Of a stretch of 64,000 nt of DNA, positions 40,095 through 49,354 are shown piece after piece (position 1 is the stretch's first letter; each line of letters opens with the position of its first letter). Position numbers and translations under genes: made by a program. The notes beneath the pieces were generated by a model. That model was not told the DNA's origin, made no database searches, and saw only the letters and a program-made list of their open reading frames with translations. The DNA is from an uncultured Eubacteriales bacterium (GTDB lineage: Bacteria > Bacillota > Clostridia > Oscillospirales > Acutalibacteraceae), in NCBI GenBank assembly GCA_964607025.1, contig CAZSIL010000007.1:1935-65934 (forward strand), in the 5' to 3' direction.

Positions 40095-40838
40095 CTATAT
40101 ATCGTGTTTTGTGGCTTTCAGCGACTCAAGATATTTTAATTCATTTTTGCTAAGCTCGGCCGACTCTAAAATATCTGGACGACGCTCGAGCGTTATCTCA
40201 ATGGACATTTCTCGGCGCCATTTTTCGATATTGGCGTGGTGACCCGACAGCAAGACCTCGGGCACTTCCCTACCGTTCCACACAGCAGGTTTTGTATACT
40301 GTGGATATTCGAGCAGCCCAGAAAAATGACTTTCTTCGGTAAAGCATATATCATCCGACAAAACGCCCGGCAGCATTCGGCAAACCGCGTCCGCTACAAC
40401 CAACGCCGGTAACTCCCCGCCTGTCAGCACATAGTCACCAATCGAAATTTCTTCATCAACGATTTCTTCGATTATGCGCTCATCAATTCCTTCGTAATGA
40501 CCGCACAGCAAGACAAGATGTTCGCAGTTTGATAACTCTATCGCCTTTTTTTGAGTAAAGGTTTCACCTTTTGGTGACAAATAAACAAGGTGCGTTTTTT
40601 TATCTCCAACAACACTTTTATAGGCATTATAAATCGGCTCTGCAGCCATAATCATACCCATACCGCCGCCGTAAGGCGTATCATCAACCTTATTATGCTT
40701 ATTATTAGCATAATCTCTTATATTTATACACTCAATATCAACCTTCCCGCCTTTTACTGCGCGACCGATTATGCTTTCATTTACAAACGCTTCGCACATT
40801 TCGGGGAACAAAGTTAAAACACTAATCTTCATCATCAA
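40095..40838 (-). CDS. trmD: tRNA (guanine37-N1)-methyltransferase
   Basis: SVLTLFPEM...DDTPYGGGMGM...GHYEGIDER motifs. Three consecutive ATGs make the start ambiguous by 6 nt. Confidence 0.95.
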   Translation of the reverse strand: MMMKISVLTLFPEMCEAFVNESIIGRAVKGGKVDIECINIRDYANNKHNKVDDTPYGGGMGMIMAAEPIYNAYKSVVGDKKTHLVYLSPKGETFTQKKAIELSNCEHLVLLCGHYEGIDERIIEEIVDEEISIGDYVLTGGELPALVVADAVCRMLPGVLSDDICFTEESHFSGLLEYPQYTKPAVWNGREVPEVLLSGHHANIEKWRREMSIEITLERRPDILESAELSKNELKYLESLKATKHDI

Positions 40839-41337
40839 ATATTCCCTTCAGGGGTGTTATAAAAATTTCGCCTTTTTCTATATCAACTTTATTCACAATA
40901 TTGGGGATTACGGGAATAAGATATTCGCCCGTATTATTTACAATGTGCCAAACATCATTAGCGCCCGTTTGCGAAACGTCACTTACGGTTCCAAGTAAAT
41001 CACCTTTTTCGGTGCTGTATACCTTACAATCAATAATATCCTGAATAAAGTAACTGTCTTTCTTAATTTTTGCATCATCACGGTTGATAAAAATCACTTT
41101 TTCACGCAGTTTTTCTGCATCAGCAACAGAGTCAACATCTTTGAATTTTGCAATAAAAACGTTACCATTGGGTGCGATACGCTCTTTTTCGAGTTTTATA
41201 GTACCCATAGCATCCAAATAAAAATATTTTATTCCGCTTAAAAATTTAATATCATCGCACCACGGTTGTATACGAACCATACCGCGTATACCATGTGTAC
41301 CTGTAATTTTTCCTGTTTCCAAAAACTGTTTTTTCAT
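40822..41337 (-). CDS. rimM: 16S rRNA processing protein RimM
   Basis: GKITGTHGIRGMVRIQP N-terminus and PRC-barrel C-terminus, within the conserved rpsP-rimM-trmD context. Confidence 0.9.
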   Translation of the reverse strand: MKKQFLETGKITGTHGIRGMVRIQPWCDDIKFLSGIKYFYLDAMGTIKLEKERIAPNGNVFIAKFKDVDSVADAEKLREKVIFINRDDAKIKKDSYFIQDIIDCKVYSTEKGDLLGTVSDVSQTGANDVWHIVNNTGEYLIPVIPNIVNKVDIEKGEIFITPLKGIFDDED

Positions 41338-41399
41338 ACTTTCCCACTCAATAATATTAATACCCCCAAAATGCTTTGGGGGTATTTAATCTGCGTAAA

Positions 41400-41633
41400 T
41401 TAATCAATTTCCACTGCTATTTTCATATTGTTTTTATTAGCAGCAGCACGCATTACAACACGAATTGCCTTGGCAATTCTGCCTTGTTTGCCGATAACGC
41501 GTCCCATATCTTCTTCCGCAACGTGAAGGTGGTAAACTACAACGCCTTCTTCGTTGGGCTCATCTGCGACGGCGGTAACGGCATCAGGATTTTGAACTAA
41601 TCCTGAAGCGATTGAAATTAAAAGTTCTTCCAT
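41400..41633 (-). CDS. KH-domain RNA-binding protein (YlqC type)
   Basis: VAEEDMGRVIGKQGRIAKAIRVV carries the GxxG KH motif. It lies between rpsP and rimM. Confidence 0.85.
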   Translation of the reverse strand: MEELLISIASGLVQNPDAVTAVADEPNEEGVVVYHLHVAEEDMGRVIGKQGRIAKAIRVVMRAAANKNNMKIAVEID

Positions 41634-41652
41634 ACAAACCTCCGATTTTTAA

Positions 41653-41895
41653 TTAAAGCACACCGTTTTTCTTAAGAATAGCTTTAACGGTATCGGTGGG
41701 CTGAGCGCCGTTAGCAATCCATTTCTTTGCCTTGTCAGCATCAATGCTTACCACAGCGGGATCCTTAGTTGTATCATAGTAGCCGATTTCTTCGATGAAA
41801 CGACCGTCACGCGGGAATCTCGAATCAGCAACAACTACACGGTAAAAAGGAGCTTTTTTAGCACCCATACGACGAAGTCTGATTTTAACTGCCAT
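41653..41895 (-). CDS. rpsP: 30S ribosomal protein S16
   Basis: [26 protein letters not shown]. Confidence 0.95.
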   Translation of the reverse strand: MAVKIRLRRMGAKKAPFYRVVVADSRFPRDGRFIEEIGYYDTTKDPAVVSIDADKAKKWIANGAQPTDTVKAILKKNGVL

Positions 41896-41943
41896 TATAA
41901 AACACCTCCAAAAATAAATGTTTATTTAAAAAAGAATACTCTT

Positions 41944-43287
41944 TTAAAAACCGAAGCCACCCGGCATTCCGCCGAATTTACTCAATTTGCGCTTACCCTT
42001 TAGGGATGAAAACTGCTTGAACATTTTTTTCATCTGCTCATACTGTCGCATAAGCTTATTAACATCTTCAACACTCGTTCCCGAGCCCGCGGCAATTCTG
42101 CGACGGCGTGATGCATTAAGAAGTTCGGGCTTTGCGCGTTCCTTTGCGGTCATAGAAGTTATTATTGCCTCAGTTCGCAAAAGCGCTCTTTCGTCAATAT
42201 CGGCATCTCTTATTTGCCTATCCATACCCGGCATCATTGAAAGGATGCTCTTAACAGAGCCCATTTTCTTTATCTGCCTAAACTGGTCAAGCAAATCGTT
42301 CATATCAAATTTATTTTCCTGAAGCCGTCTTGCAGTTTCTTCTGCTTTTTTCTCATCTATCTCGTGCTCAACCTTTTCGATAAGGGACAACATATCGCCC
42401 ATACCGAGTATACGAGATGCCATACGGTCGGGATGAAATTCATCAAGGTCATCCATCTTTTCACCGACACCAGCGAACATAATCGGCTTACCTGTAACGG
42501 CTCTGACCGACAGTGCCGCACCGCCACGCGTATCGCCGTCGAGTTTTGTTAAAATAACACCATCTATTTCCAGTTGCTCGTTAAACGCCTTTGCGATATT
42601 TACTGAGTCTTGGCCGACCATCGAATCAATAACTAATAAAATGTTGTTGACTTCAACCGTCTTGGTAATTCGACCAAGTTCCGCCATAAGTTCTTCATCA
42701 ATATGAAGGCGTCCTGCAGTATCGAGAATTACATAGTCGTTACCATAATCTCTTGCTAACTTAACGGCTTCAAGTGCGGTTTTTTCTGGGGCTTGTTTGC
42801 CCTTTTCAAACACAGGCACATTAACACTCTCGCCCACAACCTTCAACTGCTCTATTGCTGCTGGACGGTAAATATCACACGCGACAAGCAAGGGTCTGTG
42901 CCCCTGAGCTTTTAAAAATTTTGCAAGTTTACCCGAGTGGGTTGTTTTACCCGAACCCTGTAAACCGCACATCATAATAACTGTTGGTATTTTCGACGCC
43001 GTTTTAAGACGCGCCTGTTCCCCACCCATTAAAGCGGTTAATTCATCTCTTACGATTTTTACAACCATCTGGGCGGCGGTTAAGCTTTCCATAATGTTTT
43101 CGCCGATACATTTTTCGGCTACACTATTTGTAAAATCTTTTGCAACCTTATAGTTAACGTCGGCTTCAAGGAGAGCCAGACGTACTTCTCGCATAGCTTC
43201 TTTAACATCAGATTCGGTTAACTTACCGCGAGAGCGCAAACGCTTGAATACGGCTGACAGTTTATCAGATAAATTATCAAATGCCAT
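41944..43287 (-). CDS. ffh: Signal recognition particle protein Ffh
   Basis: N domain, G domain (GLQGSGKTT, DTAGR, TKLDGD) and Met-rich M domain. Confidence 0.95.
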   Translation of the reverse strand: MAFDNLSDKLSAVFKRLRSRGKLTESDVKEAMREVRLALLEADVNYKVAKDFTNSVAEKCIGENIMESLTAAQMVVKIVRDELTALMGGEQARLKTASKIPTVIMMCGLQGSGKTTHSGKLAKFLKAQGHRPLLVACDIYRPAAIEQLKVVGESVNVPVFEKGKQAPEKTALEAVKLARDYGNDYVILDTAGRLHIDEELMAELGRITKTVEVNNILLVIDSMVGQDSVNIAKAFNEQLEIDGVILTKLDGDTRGGAALSVRAVTGKPIMFAGVGEKMDDLDEFHPDRMASRILGMGDMLSLIEKVEHEIDEKKAEETARRLQENKFDMNDLLDQFRQIKKMGSVKSILSMMPGMDRQIRDADIDERALLRTEAIITSMTAKERAKPELLNASRRRRIAAGSGTSVEDVNKLMRQYEQMKKMFKQFSSLKGKRKLSKFGGMPGGFGF

Positions 43288-43305
43288 AAAACACTATCCT
43301 TATAA

Positions 43306-43608
43306 TCAAAAATTATCAATATAATCGAATAATAAGTTAATATCATCGGGATTGATACGAGCTTTTTCACAAAGCGATTTTAATTCGGCAGTTTTTTTAT
43401 AAAACCCAAGCTTTTCTTCAAACTCTAATAATTGTTGTTCTGTACGCTTAACAAAATCGCGAACACCCTGCCTTGTTATACCCAAATTTTCCGCAACTTC
43501 AGAAAGCGAAAAATCTTCATTATAATAACAATCAAATATTTCACGTTGTTTTTCGCTTAAACACTCGCCGTAACAATCAAATAACAGAGAAATATTCAAA
43601 TCTTTCAT
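43306..43608 (-). CDS. ylxM: YlxM/UPF0122 putative DNA-binding protein upstream of ffh
   Basis: LFDCYGECLSEKQREIFDCYYNEDFSLSEVAENLGITRQGV. ATG at 43608. Confidence 0.85.
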   Translation of the reverse strand: MKDLNISLLFDCYGECLSEKQREIFDCYYNEDFSLSEVAENLGITRQGVRDFVKRTEQQLLEFEEKLGFYKKTAELKSLCEKARINPDDINLLFDYIDNF

Positions 43609-43648
43609 ATGGCACCCCTGCTGCAAAGTAAATTACTTTACAGCAGTT

Positions 43649-43677
43649 ATTATAACAACAAAATACTTTCTTGTCAA
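43649..43677 (-). promoter_or_regulatory. Sigma-A promoter for the ylxM-ffh operon
   Basis: Minus strand reads TTGACA (43677-43672), 17 bp, TATAAT (43654-43649). Confidence 0.55.
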
Positions 43678-43685
43678 GTTTTTTC

Positions 43686-43714
43686 TTGAAATATGTAATT
43701 AGGTATTTTATAAT
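43686..43714 (+). promoter_or_regulatory. Sigma-A promoter for the solute-binding protein gene
   Basis: TTGAAA (43686-43691), 17 bp, TATAAT (43709-43714). Confidence 0.5.
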
Positions 43715-43746
43715 ATAAACAAGTTTAAAATTTTGGGGTTAAAAAG

Positions 43747-45210
43747 ATGTTTTTAAAAAGAATTATTACTATATTTTTGGTTGTAATATTGGCGTTTAGT
43801 TGTGTTGGTTGTTCCGATTCGATTTCATCCGCGATTATATACTTTGGTGTTAATGAACCGCCAAGAACCATTGACCCGCAAAGTGCCGAAACCGTTACCG
43901 AACTTATGCTTGTAAAGAACTTATATGAAGGATTAATGCGCAAGGATATTGACGGAAATATTGTAAACGGCATAATAGAAACCTATGAAAAATCAGGCGA
44001 CATTTACACGTTTACAATTAAAAACGATGCCAAATGGAACGATGGTACTCCTCTTACTGCCGATGATTTTGAATTCGGCATTACACGTGCTTTAAGTCGT
44101 GAAACAAACTGCCCTAACGCCGATCTATTGTACGCTATAAAAAATGCCGAAAAAGTTCACAAGGGCACTGTAGTAGCAGAGGCGCTTGGTATCAAAGTTA
44201 TGGATGAGCACACCATCCAAATTGTAGCCGAACCGAATTCCGATGTTTTATATGCGCTAACTACCGCACCTGCAATGCCTTGCAATAAAGAGTTTTTTGA
44301 TAAATCAATCGGTAAATACGGTATGTCTTTTGATACGGTACTTTGCAATGGTTCTTACAAACTACGCAAATGGTCAACCGAAGATTTTGCAATGAGAATA
44401 ATTAAAAACGGTGAATATTCAGGAGATTTCATCCCAAAAAATGCCGCCGTTTATTTTTCAAAGAATAAGGAATACACCGCCCTTGAGTGCCTTGAAAAAA
44501 ATTATGTGGATTTAGCAGAGATTCCTACAACCGATTATTCGAAAGCCAGAGATAAAGGTTATAAATTAACCGTCCTTAACAACAAGGTGCTGATAATCGG
44601 AATTGGCTCTAAATTCACAGCATCAATGCGGGAAGCATTATTTACAAGTATGCTTACGACCGATGATTTTAATAGTTTAAATTCTTCATACACGTTTGCC
44701 GATAGTATATTCCCTGATTTTTTTGGTTTTGAAAACACTGCTAACATAAATCTTTATAATCCACAAAACGCCAAAATAATTTATAATACCGAAATTAAAG
44801 GGTTTAAAAACTCGATCTTCCCTACCGATACTATTTACTATTACGGTGATAGTGACACCGCCTCTATTGTAAAATGCATTGCAGGGCATTGGCAACAAAA
44901 TCTCGGTATTTTTATAAATATTGCACCGGTTGATAGTGTAAGTGAAGCCAAATCGCATACAAATTCAGAATATGGAATCGGTGTATACTCGGTGGAAATT
45001 AATGAAAAAAGCATAAATAAATATCTTGAAAACTTTGATGCCGCAGACAATGCGACTAACAATATCGCACAAAATCACATTATAGCGAAGTCCTATAAGC
45101 TACCCATTAGTTTCTTTGGCAGTTGCTTTGCCTACACCGACAAACTACAGAATTTAAAAATCGACTCAATAGGCGGTAGCATTGATTTTAGCTATGTTAT
45201 AAAAAAATAG
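43747..45210 (+). CDS. ABC transporter substrate-binding lipoprotein, family 5 (peptide/nickel type), orphan
   Basis: Lipobox FSCVGC|S and the family-5 N-terminal pattern (NLYEGLMR...YTFTIKNDAKWNDGTPLTADDF). There are no adjacent permease or ATPase genes. Confidence 0.75.
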   Translation: MFLKRIITIFLVVILAFSCVGCSDSISSAIIYFGVNEPPRTIDPQSAETVTELMLVKNLYEGLMRKDIDGNIVNGIIETYEKSGDIYTFTIKNDAKWNDGTPLTADDFEFGITRALSRETNCPNADLLYAIKNAEKVHKGTVVAEALGIKVMDEHTIQIVAEPNSDVLYALTTAPAMPCNKEFFDKSIGKYGMSFDTVLCNGSYKLRKWSTEDFAMRIIKNGEYSGDFIPKNAAVYFSKNKEYTALECLEKNYVDLAEIPTTDYSKARDKGYKLTVLNNKVLIIGIGSKFTASMREALFTSMLTTDDFNSLNSSYTFADSIFPDFFGFENTANINLYNPQNAKIIYNTEIKGFKNSIFPTDTIYYYGDSDTASIVKCIAGHWQQNLGIFINIAPVDSVSEAKSHTNSEYGIGVYSVEINEKSINKYLENFDAADNATNNIAQNHIIAKSYKLPISFFGSCFAYTDKLQNLKIDSIGGSIDFSYVIKK

Positions 45211-45228
45211 TAGGCCACCATTGGCGAC

Positions 45229-46602
45229 CTACCCTAATTTTTTCATAATAATATGCGCGGCCTTATAAACGTCACCGCCACCCATAGTGATTACGAGTTC
45301 TTCGGATTGGGTTGTAGAGATTATCTCATCCGCCACATCTTCAAAGGTGTTAGCAATAACGGCATTTGGTAATTTCTCGGCAATTTTTTCAGACGTTATA
45401 CCATATACGTTTTTTTCCCTTGAGCCCATTATCGGCATAAGTACAACCTTATCAGCTGTTTTGAGCGCATCAACAAAATCATCAAACAAAAGTGCGGTTC
45501 GCGAAAATGTAAATGGTTGGAAAACAACGGTAACTTTTTTATAATCAAGCGTCTTCGCCGCAGTTAGAGTTGCTTTAATTTCGGTTGGATGGTGAGCATA
45601 ATCATCAACCAACACAAAGCCGTTATATTCGCCCAAAAACTCAAAACGTCTGCCCGCGCCCGTAAATTTTTCTATTGCGTTCTTTATACCTTCCGGGCTT
45701 ACACTATGCAAATCGGCTACCGCCACCGCAGCCAGAGCATTCATTACGTTGTGATACCCAGGAATATGCATTTCTATATCGGCGATTTTTCTACCGTTTT
45801 TCATAGCAGTAAACTTATATCCGAATTTTGATGGTGCGATATTTTCAGCGTAATATGTGTTAGTGTTTTTTAATCCGAAAGTTATTATTTCAGCATCTAT
45901 TCCATCTGCCGCCTTTAACACAAGTCCATCATCACCATTTATAACGGCGGTTTTTGACATTGAAATAAATTTTCTAAACGATGCCACAAGATTATCCATC
46001 GTTTTGAAATAATCAAGATGGTCATTATCAATATTCAGTAGCACCGCAATATCGGGTGACATTTGCAAAAATGTATCTACAAACTCACACGCTTCGCAAA
46101 CCATATTTTCGCTTTTACCAGCGATTCCGTTTGAATTGATAAGCGGCAATTTACCACCTATAACTGCAGTGGGATCCAGCCCGTTCAAAATAAAAATTTG
46201 TGAAATCATAGACGTTGTTGATGTTTTGCCGTGGGTACCACATACCCCTATAACATTATCATAATATCGAGTAAGTGCGCCAAGCATATGCGAACGTTCC
46301 ATTGTGGGAATGCCGTTTTGGGCGGCATACATGAGTTCAGGGTTATCCTTTGATATAGCAGCAGAATACACAACCAATTCCGCACCCTTAACATTTTCTC
46401 CGTTATGCCCCATAAAAACCTTTATTCCAAGGTTTTTCACCCTTTTTAACGGGTCACTCAAATTGTTATCCGACCCCGTTATTTCATAGCCCTTGCTATG
46501 AAGTATCTCGGCTAATGGGCACATACCTGAGCCGCCGATGCCTATCATATGAACACGCTTAACGCGGGAAATAATTTTATCCTCTTCTCTTAACTGTTTC
46601 AT
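45229..46602 (-). CDS. murC: UDP-N-acetylmuramate--L-alanine ligase
   Basis: HMIGIGGSGM...GTHGKTSTT Mur ligase motifs in a 457-aa protein. Confidence 0.95.
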   Translation of the reverse strand: MKQLREEDKIISRVKRVHMIGIGGSGMCPLAEILHSKGYEITGSDNNLSDPLKRVKNLGIKVFMGHNGENVKGAELVVYSAAISKDNPELMYAAQNGIPTMERSHMLGALTRYYDNVIGVCGTHGKTSTTSMISQIFILNGLDPTAVIGGKLPLINSNGIAGKSENMVCEACEFVDTFLQMSPDIAVLLNIDNDHLDYFKTMDNLVASFRKFISMSKTAVINGDDGLVLKAADGIDAEIITFGLKNTNTYYAENIAPSKFGYKFTAMKNGRKIADIEMHIPGYHNVMNALAAVAVADLHSVSPEGIKNAIEKFTGAGRRFEFLGEYNGFVLVDDYAHHPTEIKATLTAAKTLDYKKVTVVFQPFTFSRTALLFDDFVDALKTADKVVLMPIMGSREKNVYGITSEKIAEKLPNAVIANTFEDVADEIISTTQSEELVITMGGGDVYKAAHIIMKKLG

Positions 46603-46689
46603 AAAATGGAACTCCTACTTAATTTTTCATATCTATTATATTGCAAAGTACAAAAAAAATAAACAATTATTTTTAGAGGTGGCTTAAAA

Positions 46690-47874
46690 ATGTTTGCTCT
46701 GCCTAAATTTATAATCAATATTTTAGACACACTGCACACTGCGGGTTATGAAGCGTTCGTGGTAGGCGGAGCGGTTCGTGATATGTTGTTAGGTAAAGCA
46801 CCAAGCGATTTTGATATCACAACATCCTGCCCACCTGATATTACGGTTTCTCTCTTTCATAAAACCGTTAAAACAGGAATTAAACATGGAACAGTTACGG
46901 TTGTAACTAACGACGGTAACATCGAAGTTACAACCTACCGCCGCGATAAATCATATTCCGATCACCGTAAACCCGATGGTGTCGATTTTGTTTCTGACTT
47001 ATTTGAAGATTTAAAGCGCCGAGATTTCACAATAAACGCTATGGCTTTAACAATCGACGGTGAAATTATCGACAAATTCGGCGGGAAAGCTGACCTTAAG
47101 AATAAGATTATACGAACTGTCGGCAATCCTAATGAACGCTTTTTTGAAGATTCTTTGAGAATTTTACGTGCGTTTCGTTTTAGTGCGCGTCTTGACTTTG
47201 ATATTGAACCCGCAACGCTAAACGCCGCATTACAAAACGCACACCTGTTAAGTGACATTAGTTGCGAACGAATTTTTGCGGAAATAAAACATATTCTTTT
47301 GAGCGACTATCCGGAAAACGCCGAAAAGATGATAAATATTGGTTGTCTTTCACATCTAGGAATCGATAGCATCAGTAGGATGGAAACTCTTAAAGCACTA
47401 CCCAAAGAATTGAATATTCGCTTTTATAAATTTTGCGAATTAGCAAACTGTGATCCTGAATTAGTTTGCCGTTCGCTTAAATCTGACAACACCCTTTTAA
47501 ACTATTGTCGAGATTTGAAAAAACTTACGGCAATGAATTTATCTCTCGATAATGTCGGTATAAAGTTTGCCTTAAAAGCGGTCGGTGAGCATATTTTAAT
47601 AGATAAGTTACTCTTGTCAAATTCCAAAAACAAAACAGTTTACGGCGAAATTTTAGCACAAATTGATAGAATACTGGGCAGCGGTGAGCCGTACTTATTA
47701 TCTCACCTGAATCTTAGCGGTGATGATATTAAAAAACTTTCTGTTGACGGCAAGTATATCGGAAAAGTGTTAGATTACCTACTTATAACGGTCATAAAGC
47801 ACCCTGAACTTAACAAAAAAAATTTGCTGATAAATTTAGCCAAAGAATTTATAAAGTCACAATTCACAATATAA
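46690..47874 (+). CDS. cca: CCA-adding tRNA nucleotidyltransferase / poly(A) polymerase family
   Basis: VVGGAVRDMLLG..PSDFDITT and RRDFTINAMA motifs. Confidence 0.85.
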   Translation: MFALPKFIINILDTLHTAGYEAFVVGGAVRDMLLGKAPSDFDITTSCPPDITVSLFHKTVKTGIKHGTVTVVTNDGNIEVTTYRRDKSYSDHRKPDGVDFVSDLFEDLKRRDFTINAMALTIDGEIIDKFGGKADLKNKIIRTVGNPNERFFEDSLRILRAFRFSARLDFDIEPATLNAALQNAHLLSDISCERIFAEIKHILLSDYPENAEKMINIGCLSHLGIDSISRMETLKALPKELNIRFYKFCELANCDPELVCRSLKSDNTLLNYCRDLKKLTAMNLSLDNVGIKFALKAVGEHILIDKLLLSNSKNKTVYGEILAQIDRILGSGEPYLLSHLNLSGDDIKKLSVDGKYIGKVLDYLLITVIKHPELNKKNLLINLAKEFIKSQFTI

Positions 47875-47878
47875 AGTA

Positions 47879-47920
47879 AGCGCCATAAAATGTATTAAAG
47901 CATTTTACGGCGCTATTTTT
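47879..47920 (+). terminator. Terminator after cca, immediately before the dpaA RBS
   Basis: 14-bp stem AGCGCC(A)TAAAATG / CATTTTA(C)GGCGCT with one mismatch, followed by ATTTTTT. GGAGAG-N7-ATG of dpaA follows directly. Confidence 0.7.
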
Positions 47921-47932
47921 TGGAGAGATTTT

Positions 47933-48745
47933 ATGAATATACTTTTAGTTTGCGGCGACAGGCGGCAACTGATAATCAAGGACAATCTTGAAAGACAAGG
48001 TCACACCGTCCGACATATTTGCTACAATTCGGAACTGGATATTGATTTTTCATTTTTCAATGCCGTTATTTTCCCCTTTCCTACCACGCGCGACGGAGTT
48101 TTCATCACAAATACATTAACCGATGATAAAATTAAAATCAGCGATATTGTAAGCCGCCTTGATAACCAAAAAATACTTTGCGGTAATTATAGTTTTGAAA
48201 ACTTATCTTTTATCGACTACGGCAAAGATGAAGCTACGGCTATATTAAACGCTGTTCCGACTGCCGAAGGTGCCATCGCCATTGCCATCAACAACACCCC
48301 GTTTACCCTGTGGAAAAGCAAATGCTTGGTAGTGGGTTACGGTAAAATCGGCAAAGCATTATCAGAGCGTTTGGCTTGTCTTGGTGCAAAGGTCACTGTT
48401 AGTGCAAGGCGTGACACCGATTTAGCATTTATTGATACTAAGGGTTTCAGTTCTATTGTTACTGCACAAATCGGTGACACTGCACACGAATATGACATAA
48501 TTTTCAATACCGTTGATGCTCCCGTAATAACGCACGAAATACTGAAAAAATGCCGAAAAAATTGTCTGCTAATCGAACTTGCTTCCCGTCCGTATGGTAT
48601 CGATTTAAAAGCAGCGGAAGATCTGGGACTTGAAGTGATTATTGCCGGAGGATTACCGGGAAAGGTTGCTCCAAATACTGCGGCAGAAATTTTAAGTTCG
48701 ACAATTATAAAAATACTAATTCAAGACTCTACACAGAAACGGTGA
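47933..48745 (+). CDS. dpaA: Dipicolinate synthase subunit A
   Basis: Rossmann motif VVGYGKIGKAL. It is paired and overlapping (GTGA) with the flavoprotein-like B subunit. Confidence 0.85.
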   Translation: MNILLVCGDRRQLIIKDNLERQGHTVRHICYNSELDIDFSFFNAVIFPFPTTRDGVFITNTLTDDKIKISDIVSRLDNQKILCGNYSFENLSFIDYGKDEATAILNAVPTAEGAIAIAINNTPFTLWKSKCLVVGYGKIGKALSERLACLGAKVTVSARRDTDLAFIDTKGFSSIVTAQIGDTAHEYDIIFNTVDAPVITHEILKKCRKNCLLIELASRPYGIDLKAAEDLGLEVIIAGGLPGKVAPNTAAEILSSTIIKILIQDSTQKR

Positions 48746-49326
48746 TAATATTGAACGGATTAACTGCAGGATATGCGGTTTGCGGCTCCTTTTGCACAAT
48801 AGCAGATTCGCTGAAGCAAATTCCCATTTTGAAAAATATGGGTATGAATATAATCCCCATACTTTCAAACACCGTATATTCTACCGACAATCGTTTTAAT
48901 ACCGCGCAGGATTTGCGCGATAATATAGAAAACTTAAGCGGCAACAAAATAATTCATACAATAACAAGCGCAGAACCCATAGGACCAAAAAAGTTGTTAG
49001 ATATACTCATCATCGCGCCTTGTACGGGCAACACCCTTGCAAAGCTTGCAAACGGCATCACCGATACGGCGGTCACCATGTCAGCAAAAGCTCATTTGCG
49101 CAACAACCGTCCTATAGTGTTGGCAATAGCCACAAACGACGCGCTTGGCGCATCGGCTATTAATATAGGTAAACTACTCAACACCAAAAATATTTACTTT
49201 GTTCCTTTTGGTCAGGATGACCCTCACGGCAAAAACAATTCTTTAATATCGGACTTTTCAAAGATACCAAAAACCGTTGAGAAAGCCCTGAAAGGCGAAC
49301 AGTTACAGCCAATACTGCTTAAATAA
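48742..49326 (+). CDS. dpaB: Dipicolinate synthase subunit B
   Basis: Flavoprotein-fold pattern (GYAVCGSFCT...IAPCTGNTLAKLANGITDT). 194 aa. Confidence 0.9.
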   Translation: MIILNGLTAGYAVCGSFCTIADSLKQIPILKNMGMNIIPILSNTVYSTDNRFNTAQDLRDNIENLSGNKIIHTITSAEPIGPKKLLDILIIAPCTGNTLAKLANGITDTAVTMSAKAHLRNNRPIVLAIATNDALGASAINIGKLLNTKNIYFVPFGQDDPHGKNNSLISDFSKIPKTVEKALKGEQLQPILLK

Positions 49327-49354
49327 AAGACACGGGCTTCTGCCCGTGTCTTTT
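49325..49354. terminator. Bidirectional terminator between dpaB and addA
   Basis: AAAAGACACGGGC-ttct-GCCCGTGTCTTTT. Confidence 0.8.
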
